A stretch of 64,000 nucleotides of DNA from an uncultured virus (IMG/VR IMGVR_UViG_3300044640_001869) (IMGVR_UViG_3300044640_001869:1-64000), one strand, 5' to 3'; numbered from the stretch's first letter, positions 40,446 to 49,637 are shown. The notes: generated by a model from the letters alone, not told the origin. Made by a program: numbers and translations.

Positions 40446-41387
40446 CTAAATTCTTTTTATAATAGTACCGTCTGAATAGTGAAAAAATTTAACACCGGGT
40501 GAATCTAATGTAACTTCTTGACCTAAAAGATTTGTTATCTTAATTAATACTGGTGTGATGTTACGATTGTCTATAGATATAATTTCAAAATTTTTAGTTT
40601 TACCGTCAAAATCGGTTTGAGTTAAATAATAATATGAAATGTCATTAAAATAATCTCTTTCTAAATACTTGTAATAATGTTGAAATGGTGAAGTTCCAAC
40701 ACCATCAACTTTAGCAATTTCTTTCCAATTAATTGGATAATACGTTTTATAGATTGTAAAATATTGATTATTAGTTTCAGTTGCAGTTGCCCATTCAAGT
40801 AAATTACCTTCTTCAGTTTGTTTACCTTTAAAGTATAACAAATCAATCGGTAAGGATACCGGTGGTGACTCATATATTGATAAATCATCTAAATATACCG
40901 ATGTTGGACCACCATACACAGTTTTAATCCATATTTGAAAATAACCTGAACCTGTATAAGATGGAACTACAGTAAATGACCATTTATACCAGGTGTTCCA
41001 ATTTGAATTACAGTTTGAGTTAGTTTGAGTATCAGTTGTTAATAATGTTGTTTGATTTGGTAATTCATTAGTGTTAACCGTAACTGAGCAGGCTCTTTTA
41101 GTGTAAAAAGTAATTGTGTAACTATTACTATTAACAAAATTAATAGGTATGTAAATATAAATTGAATTACCATTAGCTGCCGATGAAAATCTTGCCGAAT
41201 ATTTTGTCGCGTCAAACACACCTCGATAATTACCTGTGGCCGTCTCATTTCGGTTAAACACCCACACATTAGAGGTTGACGACCACCCTGTTGGTGATAC
41301 ATTTGAAAAGTGTTGGTCAACAAGATATGTTTGCCCGTGAACAACCACAGACAAACATAACATTAATAAAAATATTAAAAATTTCAT
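40446..41387 (-). CDS. Secreted beta-rich protein with LPxxL motif and T9SS-CTD-like tail
   Basis: Signal peptide, LPIDLLYF, WATATETNN, YYYLTQTDFDG, ITNLLGQEV. Confidence 0.65.
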   Translation of the reverse strand: MKFLIFLLMLCLSVVVHGQTYLVDQHFSNVSPTGWSSTSNVWVFNRNETATGNYRGVFDATKYSARFSSAANGNSIYIYIPINFVNSNSYTITFYTKRACSVTVNTNELPNQTTLLTTDTQTNSNCNSNWNTWYKWSFTVVPSYTGSGYFQIWIKTVYGGPTSVYLDDLSIYESPPVSLPIDLLYFKGKQTEEGNLLEWATATETNNQYFTIYKTYYPINWKEIAKVDGVGTSPFQHYYKYLERDYFNDISYYYLTQTDFDGKTKNFEIISIDNRNITPVLIKITNLLGQEVTLDSPGVKFFHYSDGTIIKRI

Positions 41388-42418
41388 TTTTCATTTAATA
41401 AAAATTTATTAGAAATCACCTTAAAACTGATTTTTCTATCGTGAGAACGAATTACAATTCCTTCTCTATCGAACTTTTCATTCAATACTGATTTACTATC
41501 GGCATAAGATAATAACTCATCAATTGTGTCAGGTAATCTAAATTCTAAATCTAAGATTGGAACTGTTTTTACCTCTAACCATTTAGATAATTTAAGTAAA
41601 TCATCCAAAGATAAATATTCATACTTATCAATATCAAAACCATTAAACAATCTAACAGTTTGTCCGATGATTTTATATGGGTTACCTTGAATACCCTCAC
41701 CAATGATTTCCCCTTGGACCGCAATGTTTCTATCTAACGCTAGTAAACGTTCTTTTAATCCACTTGTGATTGCAAATTTCCACATTGAGTTACCTTCACT
41801 CTCAACTAAATCTAAGTTACGAGAACATACACCAAACACACCGTCTTTAACGTAGTAAGTTACACTAGAACCATCTAACTTTTCAGTCACATAAAACACT
41901 TCGTTCTTGTACCCTTCAAACTCTCTTGTCAAGTTTTGAATTCTTTCCTCATCAGTTTTCTTTAAAAAAGATGGGAACATACCTTTAACTTGTCCTGATA
42001 ATTGTGCAGGAACAGGTGGTTCGTATTTTACAATGTTTAACATTTCAGTTACTTCTAAACCTTCAAACCAATCCATATCTATATTGGGAGTGTTTCTTTT
42101 GAAAACTTCGTAAGCATCTTTTAATGGTAAAATTAAACCTTGAGAAACTTGTCCTCTTAATTTAATAGTTTTTAATCTGAAACCTTCAGTACCGTCGGCC
42201 ATTTTCTTGTAAGAACTTTTACGTAAAAATTCAAACTCAGGTTCGATTGGTAAAAAAGAGTCAATCTCACAGTAAACAACTAAATCCCCAACTTTGTGGT
42301 TAACATTTTTTGCAACTACGACTTTCCACCCCCCAACGGTTGCTAATTCAATCATATCCGCACCTTCGATTGGTTGGATGTTGTCAATTTGTCTAATCGT
42401 TGCTAATTTTCTTTCCAT
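41384..42418 (-). CDS. RNA ligase, DRB0094 family
   Basis: PIEGADMIE OB-like N-terminus, KTDEERIQN, TEKLDGSS, QGE, REGIV, FKVISN. Confidence 0.9.
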   Translation of the reverse strand: MERKLATIRQIDNIQPIEGADMIELATVGGWKVVVAKNVNHKVGDLVVYCEIDSFLPIEPEFEFLRKSSYKKMADGTEGFRLKTIKLRGQVSQGLILPLKDAYEVFKRNTPNIDMDWFEGLEVTEMLNIVKYEPPVPAQLSGQVKGMFPSFLKKTDEERIQNLTREFEGYKNEVFYVTEKLDGSSVTYYVKDGVFGVCSRNLDLVESEGNSMWKFAITSGLKERLLALDRNIAVQGEIIGEGIQGNPYKIIGQTVRLFNGFDIDKYEYLSLDDLLKLSKWLEVKTVPILDLEFRLPDTIDELLSYADSKSVLNEKFDREGIVIRSHDRKISFKVISNKFLLNEK

Positions 42419-42593
42419 ATGATATTTTATTAAATTCTATAATACTTTGTTTTCTCATATCTCTATATTGAGACATCATAAAATTACTAATTCTATCTGA
42501 ATTATCACTATGTAAATCAATCATTTTTTGTGTTGATGATATTTCATCTAAACAATCTAATAACTGATATTTTTTGTAATTAAATTTTTTCAT
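42393..42593 (-). CDS. Hypothetical protein
   Basis: 66-aa ORF in operon. Confidence 0.55.
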   Translation of the reverse strand: MKKFNYKKYQLLDCLDEISSTQKMIDLHSDNSDRISNFMMSQYRDMRKQSIIEFNKISYGKKISND

Positions 42594-42940
42594 ACATTAT
42601 CTTTATCAATTCGTTTAACCATATCTGAACTAGTGTATACTTCTTCACCCGTTTCAAATCTAATCAATAAATCAAGAATCACTAATTTTTCAATCAATGG
42701 TTCAAAATGGTTTATATCACAGTTTGTTTGAATAACAATACCGGGGTTTTGAAATAATTTATCAATACCACTACGATGTTTTGAGGTGTTTTTATCTATG
42801 TTATAACTACCATCCCAAACAATAACTCTATCACCAATTTCTTTGACTCTATTGTCTTTGTTTTCTTCTTGTATTTTTCTTAGTTCTTCTAACATTTTGA
42901 TAGACTCTAAAAATAAATCTCTTTTGTCGTAATCTTCCAT
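42590..42940 (-). CDS. Hypothetical protein
   Basis: 116-aa ORF in operon. Confidence 0.65.
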   Translation of the reverse strand: MEDYDKRDLFLESIKMLEELRKIQEENKDNRVKEIGDRVIVWDGSYNIDKNTSKHRSGIDKLFQNPGIVIQTNCDINHFEPLIEKLVILDLLIRFETGEEVYTSSDMVKRIDKDNV

Positions 42941-42946
42941 AATCTT

Positions 42947-43615
42947 TTATCCTACTACGTTTAACATTTCTTCTGTATGGTGGTCGTGTTCCAAATGTGA
43001 ATGAATTGGTTGTTTTGACATTATTGGTAGAATGTCATCAACAATGTGGTATGGTCTAAATTCAGGATGTCCGTCCATACCAACATCCATTCGTTTTCCT
43101 TTCCCTAATTTAATATCATTAGGTAAGTGACAGTGACCGTGTAGATGTATTTCACCTTTATTCAATCCATTCCAAGAATCAATCGGGTAGTGAAACAATC
43201 TAATATTAATTTTACCCAATACCAATGTGTTATATTGTGAAACACTTGAGAATAACGATTGAATGTTTTCTTTGTTATTCTCAATGTGGTGGTCGTGGTT
43301 ACCCAAAATTAAGTGTATGTTTTTACATATAATTCTTTCTCTGAATTTTCTAATGAATTCAAAACCACCAAATGACCAATCACCCAAGTGAATTAACACA
43401 TCATCTTGTTTAACATATTGGTTTATATTATCCACAATCATATCGTTCATTATATCCAACGATTTGAAGTCACGAGTTTCTTTGATTGGAACTGAACCAT
43501 CAGGTTTTCTCCAATTAGTAGTCCCACGACAAATGTTTGAGTGATTGTAGTGAGTATCTGATGTTATCCAAACATCAGGTAAATTTCCTTTTCTATCTTT
43601 TTCAATTTTTATCAT
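42947..43615 (-). CDS. Calcineurin-like metallophosphoesterase
   Basis: SDTH, LGD, GNHD, HYP, HGHCH. Confidence 0.9.
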   Translation of the reverse strand: MIKIEKDRKGNLPDVWITSDTHYNHSNICRGTTNWRKPDGSVPIKETRDFKSLDIMNDMIVDNINQYVKQDDVLIHLGDWSFGGFEFIRKFRERIICKNIHLILGNHDHHIENNKENIQSLFSSVSQYNTLVLGKINIRLFHYPIDSWNGLNKGEIHLHGHCHLPNDIKLGKGKRMDVGMDGHPEFRPYHIVDDILPIMSKQPIHSHLEHDHHTEEMLNVVG

Positions 43616-44094
43616 ACTAATTCTAATTCTTTATACCATTCAGGAACTTCTCTGTTTTTCCATACCGCAAATCCTGATTTGGCTCCTTTATAATAATTTC
43701 TATACGAATCGACAACACTGTCAACTTTATATTCGTCAGGCATTGCCTTTGGGGGTTCAGTAAATCCTTTGTCAACGATATTTGGTTTTTTATCTAAACA
43801 CCACTCAATAACATCTTGTGATTTATGACGTTTACCATATCTGTATGTGTATTCATAACATAACTCTAAACCTAACTCACACAAATATAGATAATTAGAT
43901 AACGACTCTCTCGACCATATCGCACTTGGGTGGTTCTTATGAGATAACCTATAAGGTATCTCAGTTTGAGTCTCAATTACGTGATGAACACCACATAAAA
44001 GTTGTGCAGTCTCAAGTATCATTTTAACTACGTGCTTATCACAATGATATTCAGCACATTTCTTAACATCGAAATCTAATATAAAAACGTTCAT
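43612..44094 (-). CDS. Pyrimidine-dimer glycosylase (DenV)-like protein
   Basis: DKHVVKMILETAQLL, HKNHP, YTYRYGKRH. Confidence 0.7.
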   Translation of the reverse strand: MNVFILDFDVKKCAEYHCDKHVVKMILETAQLLCGVHHVIETQTEIPYRLSHKNHPSAIWSRESLSNYLYLCELGLELCYEYTYRYGKRHKSQDVIEWCLDKKPNIVDKGFTEPPKAMPDEYKVDSVVDSYRNYYKGAKSGFAVWKNREVPEWYKELELV

Positions 44095-44116
44095 AAGGCT
44101 AATATATAAAAAAAAA

Positions 44117-44575
44117 TTAAACAGTGTGTTCTATTTTAACTCTAACGCAAGTTTGTTCTTGTCCCTCATTCATTAGGAAGTTATTGATATAACCCATAAT
44201 GTTTGCTGACCCAATCGGATTTGCCGAGTGAACTACAACATCAGGAAATTTGATAGGTTTTTGTTTCTTATCAAATCTTGACATATTAATACGGTTTTCG
44301 TTTATCTCGTAAAATTCTGTTACTAACCATTTAGCAGCATCATATCCGGTTTTTTCCTCAATATTTTCATAATCTAATTTATAATTTTTAGATACGTTAT
44401 TGAAGTATTCTTTCATCGCAGTATCACCTAAATCGTGGTCCAATGAGATTAATGATATATTAGTTAAACCAACTTTATTTACCAAATTAATAAACTCGTG
44501 AAAATTTCTAACAACTAACCAATCTTTATCAACCGGTGTTCTCACATCATCTAAATATATTCTTACTTTTTCCAT
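44117..44575 (-). CDS. Cyclic-phosphate-processing receiver-like domain protein
   Basis: YLDDVR, ISLDHDLG, TGYD, HSANPIG. Confidence 0.7.
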   Translation of the reverse strand: MEKVRIYLDDVRTPVDKDWLVVRNFHEFINLVNKVGLTNISLISLDHDLGDTAMKEYFNNVSKNYKLDYENIEEKTGYDAAKWLVTEFYEINENRINMSRFDKKQKPIKFPDVVVHSANPIGSANIMGYINNFLMNEGQEQTCVRVKIEHTV

Positions 44576-44637
44576 ACCACAAATATAAAAAAAAAGAGGG
44601 ATTTAAAAACCCCTCTTAACTTATTATCTATTAAATT

Positions 44638-44943
44638 TTATTTTTTCTCTTTAGGTTTCTTACACGCCGGTTTACCGTCACTTCCTTTAAAGACTAGAAA
44701 TTCTTTAGTTTCTTCACCTTTAGTAAGTTTGTTTGTTGATTTAGAACCTGTTGAATTATAGTCGGCACAATCTCTTAATTTGTCAAGGTCTTTTTGTGTT
44801 ATTTTAGTCTCAGCAGGTGGTGTTGTTGCTGGTGTAGTCGTACCCGTCGTGGGTGTTGTTGTACCTGTTGTTTGTTCACTAATAACCACACCGGGTTTAT
44901 AACCGAACAAATATTTAATTTTATCAATTTCTTCGTTAATCAT
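44638..44943 (-). CDS. Hypothetical late protein (Thr-rich)
   Basis: INEEIDKIK..F..K motif, TATTTAT upstream. Confidence 0.6.
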   Translation of the reverse strand: MINEEIDKIKYLFGYKPGVVISEQTTGTTTPTTGTTTPATTPPAETKITQKDLDKLRDCADYNSTGSKSTNKLTKGEETKEFLVFKGSDGKPACKKPKEKK

Positions 44944-44955
44944 ATTAATAAATAT

Positions 44956-45300
44956 CTAGTAATTAACAATATGAACTATTAATCCTAATTTATTGGCATT
45001 CTCAATCATATTTTTAGTACCACTACTTTTACCATCCCAAAATGCTATCAACATTTCACCATAATCGGCCATTTGTTTATTTCTAATATGCCCCGCTTTT
45101 CTTCCGTGAGTTTTCCAATCCGCAGGAAACAACTTAACGTCAAATCCTCGTTCTTTGGCATATCTCTCACCTAATGTGTCAGCACCTTTAGCACGACCAC
45201 TAACAATTTCTGTTAGGTTTGAATTAATCAACTTATCACACTTTTCTCGTAGTAGATTATAATCTTCAAAATCTCTACCTCCAGCTATAATTGTTTTCAT
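44956..45300 (-). CDS. SLOG/DUF2493 (YspA-like) protein
   Basis: AGGRDF, SGRAKGAD, RNKQMA, FWDGKSSGT. Confidence 0.85.
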   Translation of the reverse strand: MKTIIAGGRDFEDYNLLREKCDKLINSNLTEIVSGRAKGADTLGERYAKERGFDVKLFPADWKTHGRKAGHIRNKQMADYGEMLIAFWDGKSSGTKNMIENANKLGLIVHIVNY

Positions 45301-45369
45301 AAAAAAATAATAATAAATGGTTTTTGTATTGTCAAATCTTTATTTATCTTTGTAAGAAATATTGGTGTT

Positions 45370-46077
45370 ATGAAAAATGTAAATAAATTTTCTTTAGTAA
45401 TTGTAGGATTATTAATTATGAGTATTGTCGGATGTGGATTACCCAAATCAATTCATATGTCTCAAATTCAATCAAATGAGAATTATAACGTTTTAATTCT
45501 TAAAAAAGATGAGATGTCTTTTGGAGTTTCAACTGAAAAACCAAGTGATGCTGATTTTTATGTTAACAGTAATTTTTTCACTAAAAGTAATACCTCAATT
45601 GGTCTTGTAGTTATTAATCGTTTAAGACATAGTAAAAGACAACGTGGTGGTGGTTATTTTTATGTTGTTAATGGCATACCTCACGTAGCGTCAGGGTTTT
45701 GTCCTTTAATGACCGATTACGCATCACAAAGTATTCTTTGGGCGATTGATAACGGTATTAAAAATGAAGGTTTACTTAATACAAGACACGCTAATGAAAC
45801 CGCATATAGAACAATTATGGGTGAAAATCGTGACGGGGACATTATGATTATATCATCTAATAGAGTTGGTTTAGTTACTATTAGAGAAATTGTTGAGTTT
45901 GCCGAAAATCAAGGTATGGTTGAAGGTATATTATTAGATGGTGGGTCGTCAGTTGATTATAAATTCTCAGATGATTCTGATGAAATAGTTTTTCAATCAG
46001 TTCCTGACATTGTTAAATCAGCAATGGATATTAATCAACCAACAACTTATATCTACGGTAACTTTAAAAACAATTAA
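45370..46077 (+). CDS. Phosphodiester glycosidase (NAGPA)-like putative lipoprotein
   Basis: Lipobox-like IVGC, NSNFF, RTIMG, LDGGSS; TATCTTTG upstream. Confidence 0.65.
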   Translation: MKNVNKFSLVIVGLLIMSIVGCGLPKSIHMSQIQSNENYNVLILKKDEMSFGVSTEKPSDADFYVNSNFFTKSNTSIGLVVINRLRHSKRQRGGGYFYVVNGIPHVASGFCPLMTDYASQSILWAIDNGIKNEGLLNTRHANETAYRTIMGENRDGDIMIISSNRVGLVTIREIVEFAENQGMVEGILLDGGSSVDYKFSDDSDEIVFQSVPDIVKSAMDINQPTTYIYGNFKNN

Positions 46078-46822
46078 ACCCTTTTATTCTGTTAGCAACC
46101 TCATCAACATATCCGTAAGTTGTTAATTTATTAATCGGAATATTTGGTAAATAGTTTTTAACTAATTGATTTGAAACTTTAAACTTAGTTTTTTTAACAT
46201 TATCATTGGGGTTACTTTTTTGTCCGGTAACCCCCATATTTGGTGCTCCGACTACTGATTGTTCTACGATTTTTCCTGCCTTAGAACAAGGTCTTTTAAT
46301 ATTAGGGTCATCAGTTTTACAATATTTAACAATCCTACCAAATCCAATATTATATGACGCAATTGAAATATCTAAAGCTGCGTTACCTGTACTTGTTTTT
46401 GGGGTTGTTGAAGGTTGTGATGTTGAATAACCTTCTTGAATTGCCTTTTTGTAACTTCGGTCCAAAAACTTATATATCGCAATTAACGCACCTGTAACCG
46501 TATTAATATCTTCTTTAATGTTAAGACTTTCCTTAGTACTATTTTTCATTTGTGCTAATCCTGCAGAAGTATCAAACCCTAAGTAAGCACCTATATTTTT
46601 TAAAGGTGATAATATTTTATAACGAAGACTATTACCGTATGATGTTTCACGACCAATCATACCCAATGCCGCCTTTAATAATAAAGGGTTATAACCTTTT
46701 TTAATTAATTGAGATATTGATGGTTTAAATCCGTTAGGAACACAAGAATATTGTTTATATTTTATGTTTTCTTCTTGAGCGTTTTTATATATGTTATAAT
46801 AGTTATCACTTTGTCCCGGCAT
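46064..46822 (-). CDS. Lysozyme-like/SLT domain protein (possibly 3' part of a frameshifted gene)
   Basis: GRETSYG, GLAQMK, ASYNIG. Confidence 0.6.
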   Translation of the reverse strand: MPGQSDNYYNIYKNAQEENIKYKQYSCVPNGFKPSISQLIKKGYNPLLLKAALGMIGRETSYGNSLRYKILSPLKNIGAYLGFDTSAGLAQMKNSTKESLNIKEDINTVTGALIAIYKFLDRSYKKAIQEGYSTSQPSTTPKTSTGNAALDISIASYNIGFGRIVKYCKTDDPNIKRPCSKAGKIVEQSVVGAPNMGVTGQKSNPNDNVKKTKFKVSNQLVKNYLPNIPINKLTTYGYVDEVANRIKGFNCF

Positions 46823-46842
46823 TAAATTGTCGTTCTGTTCAA

Positions 46843-48111
46843 CTAAAGTTTTTTTTTTAATCCACTGTTTGTGATTTCTTCAGTAATTGACCCAGGACCT
46901 TTAACTTTATTTAAAGCTATTGGTGATGAGTTACCCGCACGTCTAACCCAAGCAATTTTACCACCATCTAATAACCTATTATAAGGGTCGGCATAAACTT
47001 GTCCGTGAACGTTATGGAATATAATTGGAACACCATCTTTAATCGCACCTACTATACCTACGTGAGTATTCATACCCCAAGCATTACCTGATTTAAGAGT
47101 ATTACCTGGAACGTATTTACCATTATTTTTTAGAATATATGGTTTATTACCTGATATGGCGTTTTTACCCCCAAGATAAAAAGCTTTTTCGTGATTTTCT
47201 GAAGTTGGGTAGTATATACCAACAACATCATTAAGTTGTAATTTAGGCGGTGCTGATTTAATCAAACTTCTTACTAAATTTCTAGCATCATTAATATAAT
47301 TACCTTTAGCACCACCTGATTTATCTATTTTAACCCATAAATCAGTGATTCTTTTAACATCATCAGGTGATAAACCTCTAAATGACGTAAAAATACGTGG
47401 ACCTATTTGGTCTTTACTATGAGCTAACCAAGCATCCCCAACGGATTCAAGTTTAGTATCAAAATCGTTAACAAACTGAGCACATTCACGTTGACCCGCA
47501 CCAAAGACAGGTGTTGATTTACCCGTACTAATTTTAGGACCAACTTTAACTATTTTTGATAAAAAATTAGGATTAGTTGTTTTACTAACAATAGTGTCTG
47601 ATTTATCAATTGGATTTGGAACAGGTTTTTCACCACATTTAAACCCACTTGATTTATATTCAATCCAAGAATTGAACCCACAAGATTTCGCTCTCATTAA
47701 TTTTTGTTGTGGGGTTAATTTAGTGTCATCTTCAGGTTTTGGTTTTGGCTCAGGAATAGGTTTTGGTTTTGGTTTTGGTTTTGGCTCAGGAATAGGTTTT
47801 GGTTTTGGGTCAGGAATAGGTCTTGGGTCAGGAATAGGTTTTGGAGTAGGTTCAACATCAGGTACAACATTAATACCTGTTTTATTATTTAATATAGTTA
47901 TGGCTTTAGGATATCCTGATAAATCCACCCATTCAGTTCCATTTTTTAGTTTAGCGTACCAAGTGTTATTTGATATTTTGTAATCGTATTTTCTATCAAT
48001 ATTGTCAAATATTTGTTCAACAGAATCTTCAAAAAGATAGTTATTTTCTTTGATTATTGAATTAACAACATTTATTAAATCTGTTTCTTTTAAACGAATT
48101 GTTTTTTTCAT
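46843..48111 (-). CDS. Putative virion protein with Pro-Lys repeats and CHAP/NlpC-like domain
   Basis: IRLKETDL N-terminus, CAQFV...GDAW...THVGIV. Confidence 0.6.
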   Translation of the reverse strand: MKKTIRLKETDLINVVNSIIKENNYLFEDSVEQIFDNIDRKYDYKISNNTWYAKLKNGTEWVDLSGYPKAITILNNKTGINVVPDVEPTPKPIPDPRPIPDPKPKPIPEPKPKPKPKPIPEPKPKPEDDTKLTPQQKLMRAKSCGFNSWIEYKSSGFKCGEKPVPNPIDKSDTIVSKTTNPNFLSKIVKVGPKISTGKSTPVFGAGQRECAQFVNDFDTKLESVGDAWLAHSKDQIGPRIFTSFRGLSPDDVKRITDLWVKIDKSGGAKGNYINDARNLVRSLIKSAPPKLQLNDVVGIYYPTSENHEKAFYLGGKNAISGNKPYILKNNGKYVPGNTLKSGNAWGMNTHVGIVGAIKDGVPIIFHNVHGQVYADPYNRLLDGGKIAWVRRAGNSSPIALNKVKGPGSITEEITNSGLKKKL

Positions 48112-48174
48112 CTTAAAATTGTTTATTAATAAATATTCTTAAATGAAAAAAAAAACATATTGGTTTAGAATTAC

Positions 48175-48283
48175 GTTATCAATACAGGATTCGAACCTGT
48201 GAGTCCCCGTGTATAGGTATCATACATACCACATTCCCAGACTTTATGTATGCTCAACCTTAAACCACTCGGTCAATAAATAA
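48175..48283 (-). ncRNA. tRNA-like element with expanded anticodon arm
   Basis: D-arm TGACCGAGTGGTTTAAGGT and T-arm ACAGGTTCGAATCCTGT; CATACATA/TATGTATG stem with 16-nt loop. Confidence 0.55.
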
Positions 48284-48284
48284 A

Positions 48285-48454
48285 CCCCTCCTGAGATTAC
48301 GGAGAGTAGATATTCACAGTTTTCTTATGCAAAACCCAACGCGTCTTACCGCTTAAAAATCAACTCTTACTTGGGGGATAGGAGAGTCTTCCTTCCGATT
48401 CCCAATGAATACCCCGTAACGTGGATGGTATCAGTTCCGTTAAGTTTTGAGGGA
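48285..48454 (-). ncRNA. ~170-nt structured RNA candidate
   Basis: Ends pair (CCCTC/GAGGG, TTAACGGA/TCCGTAA, GATA/TATC); internal hairpins. Confidence 0.45.
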
Positions 48455-48489
48455 CTCTTAAAAACCCATTGAGTTTCTCGAACTCATTG

Positions 48490-48515
48490 TTGCCCCACAG
48501 GGATTCAAACCCTGA
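48490..48515 (-). pseudogene. tRNA 3' fragment (Gln-like acceptor GGGGCA-A)
   Basis: CAGGG-TTTGAAT-CCCTG-TGGGGCAA with no 5' half. Confidence 0.6.
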
Positions 48516-48558
48516 TTATGGAATTAGTCTTTTTGATACTATCCACATATTTATTGTT

Positions 48559-48921
48559 ATGGAAACTAAAATTTGTACTTCGTGTAATGAAGAAAAATCA
48601 GTAACTGAATTCTATCAACAAAACGATAGACCTTCAAAACAATCAAAATGTAAAGTCTGCTTCAATAAATATTGTTCTGAACGTTGGATTAAAACAAAAA
48701 TAAAAGCTATTGAGTATAAAGGTGGTAAATGTTTAGATTGTTCTAATTCATACCCTAAATCACCATATGTTATTTTTGATTTTCATCATCGTGACCCATC
48801 ACAAAAAGATGTTGAATGGACTCACTTACGAAAACGTTCTTGGGATAAAATAATTAAAGAACTTGATAAATGTGATTTACTTTGTTCAAATTGTCATCGT
48901 ATCCGTCATCACAACGAGTAG
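48559..48921 (+). mobile_element. Free-standing HNH endonuclease inserted antisense in the tRNA cluster
   Basis: CxxC pairs, FDFHH, LLCSNCHRIRH; flanked by a 16-bp direct repeat of tRNA T-arms. Confidence 0.8.
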
Positions 48922-48991
48922 TCCTACAGGGATTCAAACCCCAACGAAACCCTTAGAAGGGGCTTATGCTATTCAGTTACATCATAGGACC
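48919..48991 (-). tRNA. tRNA-Arg(TCT)
   Basis: Cloverleaf, loop CTTCTAA; T-loop TTTGAAT. Confidence 0.8.
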
Positions 48992-48997
48992 AAAATA

Positions 48998-49073
48998 TGG
49001 TGGAGGTACTGGTAATCGAAACCAGATTTGTAAATTGCAAATCTACCGTAATAAGCCATTATACGATACCCCC
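48998..49073 (-). tRNA. tRNA-Ala(TGC)
   Basis: Loop TTTGCAA, G3:U70, encoded CCA. Confidence 0.88.
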
Positions 49074-49188
49074 ATAATAAAAAGACAACAGGTAATACTC
49101 ACATTTATTATTACCCAACTCAACGACCTTTATAGTTGTGAATCTGTTTTAAAGGTTTTCCTCGGTGAAGAGTTTGTTGTCTATTTTG

Positions 49189-49261
49189 AGCGGGTGGAGG
49201 GAATCGAACCCTCGTCTTTAAATTGGAAGTCTAATATAATAATCCACTATACGACACCCGC
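49189..49261 (-). tRNA. tRNA-Gly(TCC)
   Basis: Loop CTTCCAA. Confidence 0.88.
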
Positions 49262-49347
49262 TAATTTGGGTAGAATCAGACGCGTTCTGTCTACCGAGAC
49301 CTCATCGTTAATAAGTTACCTTATCAGAGCGTTCTGAGACACTATTG

Positions 49348-49427
49348 TGAACCTGGTGGGAGTCGAACCCACAATCCTAAGAACTTCCGCTTAAAGAAAG
49401 CGTGTATACCAATTTCACCACAGGTCC
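49348..49427 (-). tRNA. tRNA-Leu(TAA)
   Basis: Loop TTTAAGC, variable arm. Confidence 0.85.
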
Positions 49428-49486
49428 TTGAGTGTAGTAGGGCAGCAGTCCCTTGAGGCACCTACACAAGTTTTTCCTCTTTTTTG

Positions 49487-49558
49487 CGGACCATGAAGGA
49501 TTCGAACCTACGACCTATCGGTTAACAGCCGATTGCTCTACCGCTGAGCTAATAGTCC
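49487..49558 (-). tRNA. tRNA-Asn(GTT)
   Basis: Loop CTGTTAA. Confidence 0.9.
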
Positions 49559-49564
49559 ATTGTG

Positions 49565-49637
49565 AGGTCCCTAACGGATTCGAACCGTTATCTCTGGGTT
49601 ACAAAGCCAGAATAATAAGCCATTATACTAAGAGACC
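49565..49637 (-). tRNA. tRNA-Thr(TGT)
   Basis: Loop TTTGTAA. Confidence 0.85.

Noticed and set aside
48490..48991. Group I intron carrying the HNH inside a tRNA
   Set aside because: tRNA-Arg is complete, only ~45 nt flank the ORF (no room for a ribozyme core), and the ORF is antisense.
49262..49345. RNase P RNA (ACAGAACGCG resembles the 3' conserved region)
   Set aside because: Only ~80 nt and no matching GAGGAAAGTCC 5' motif.
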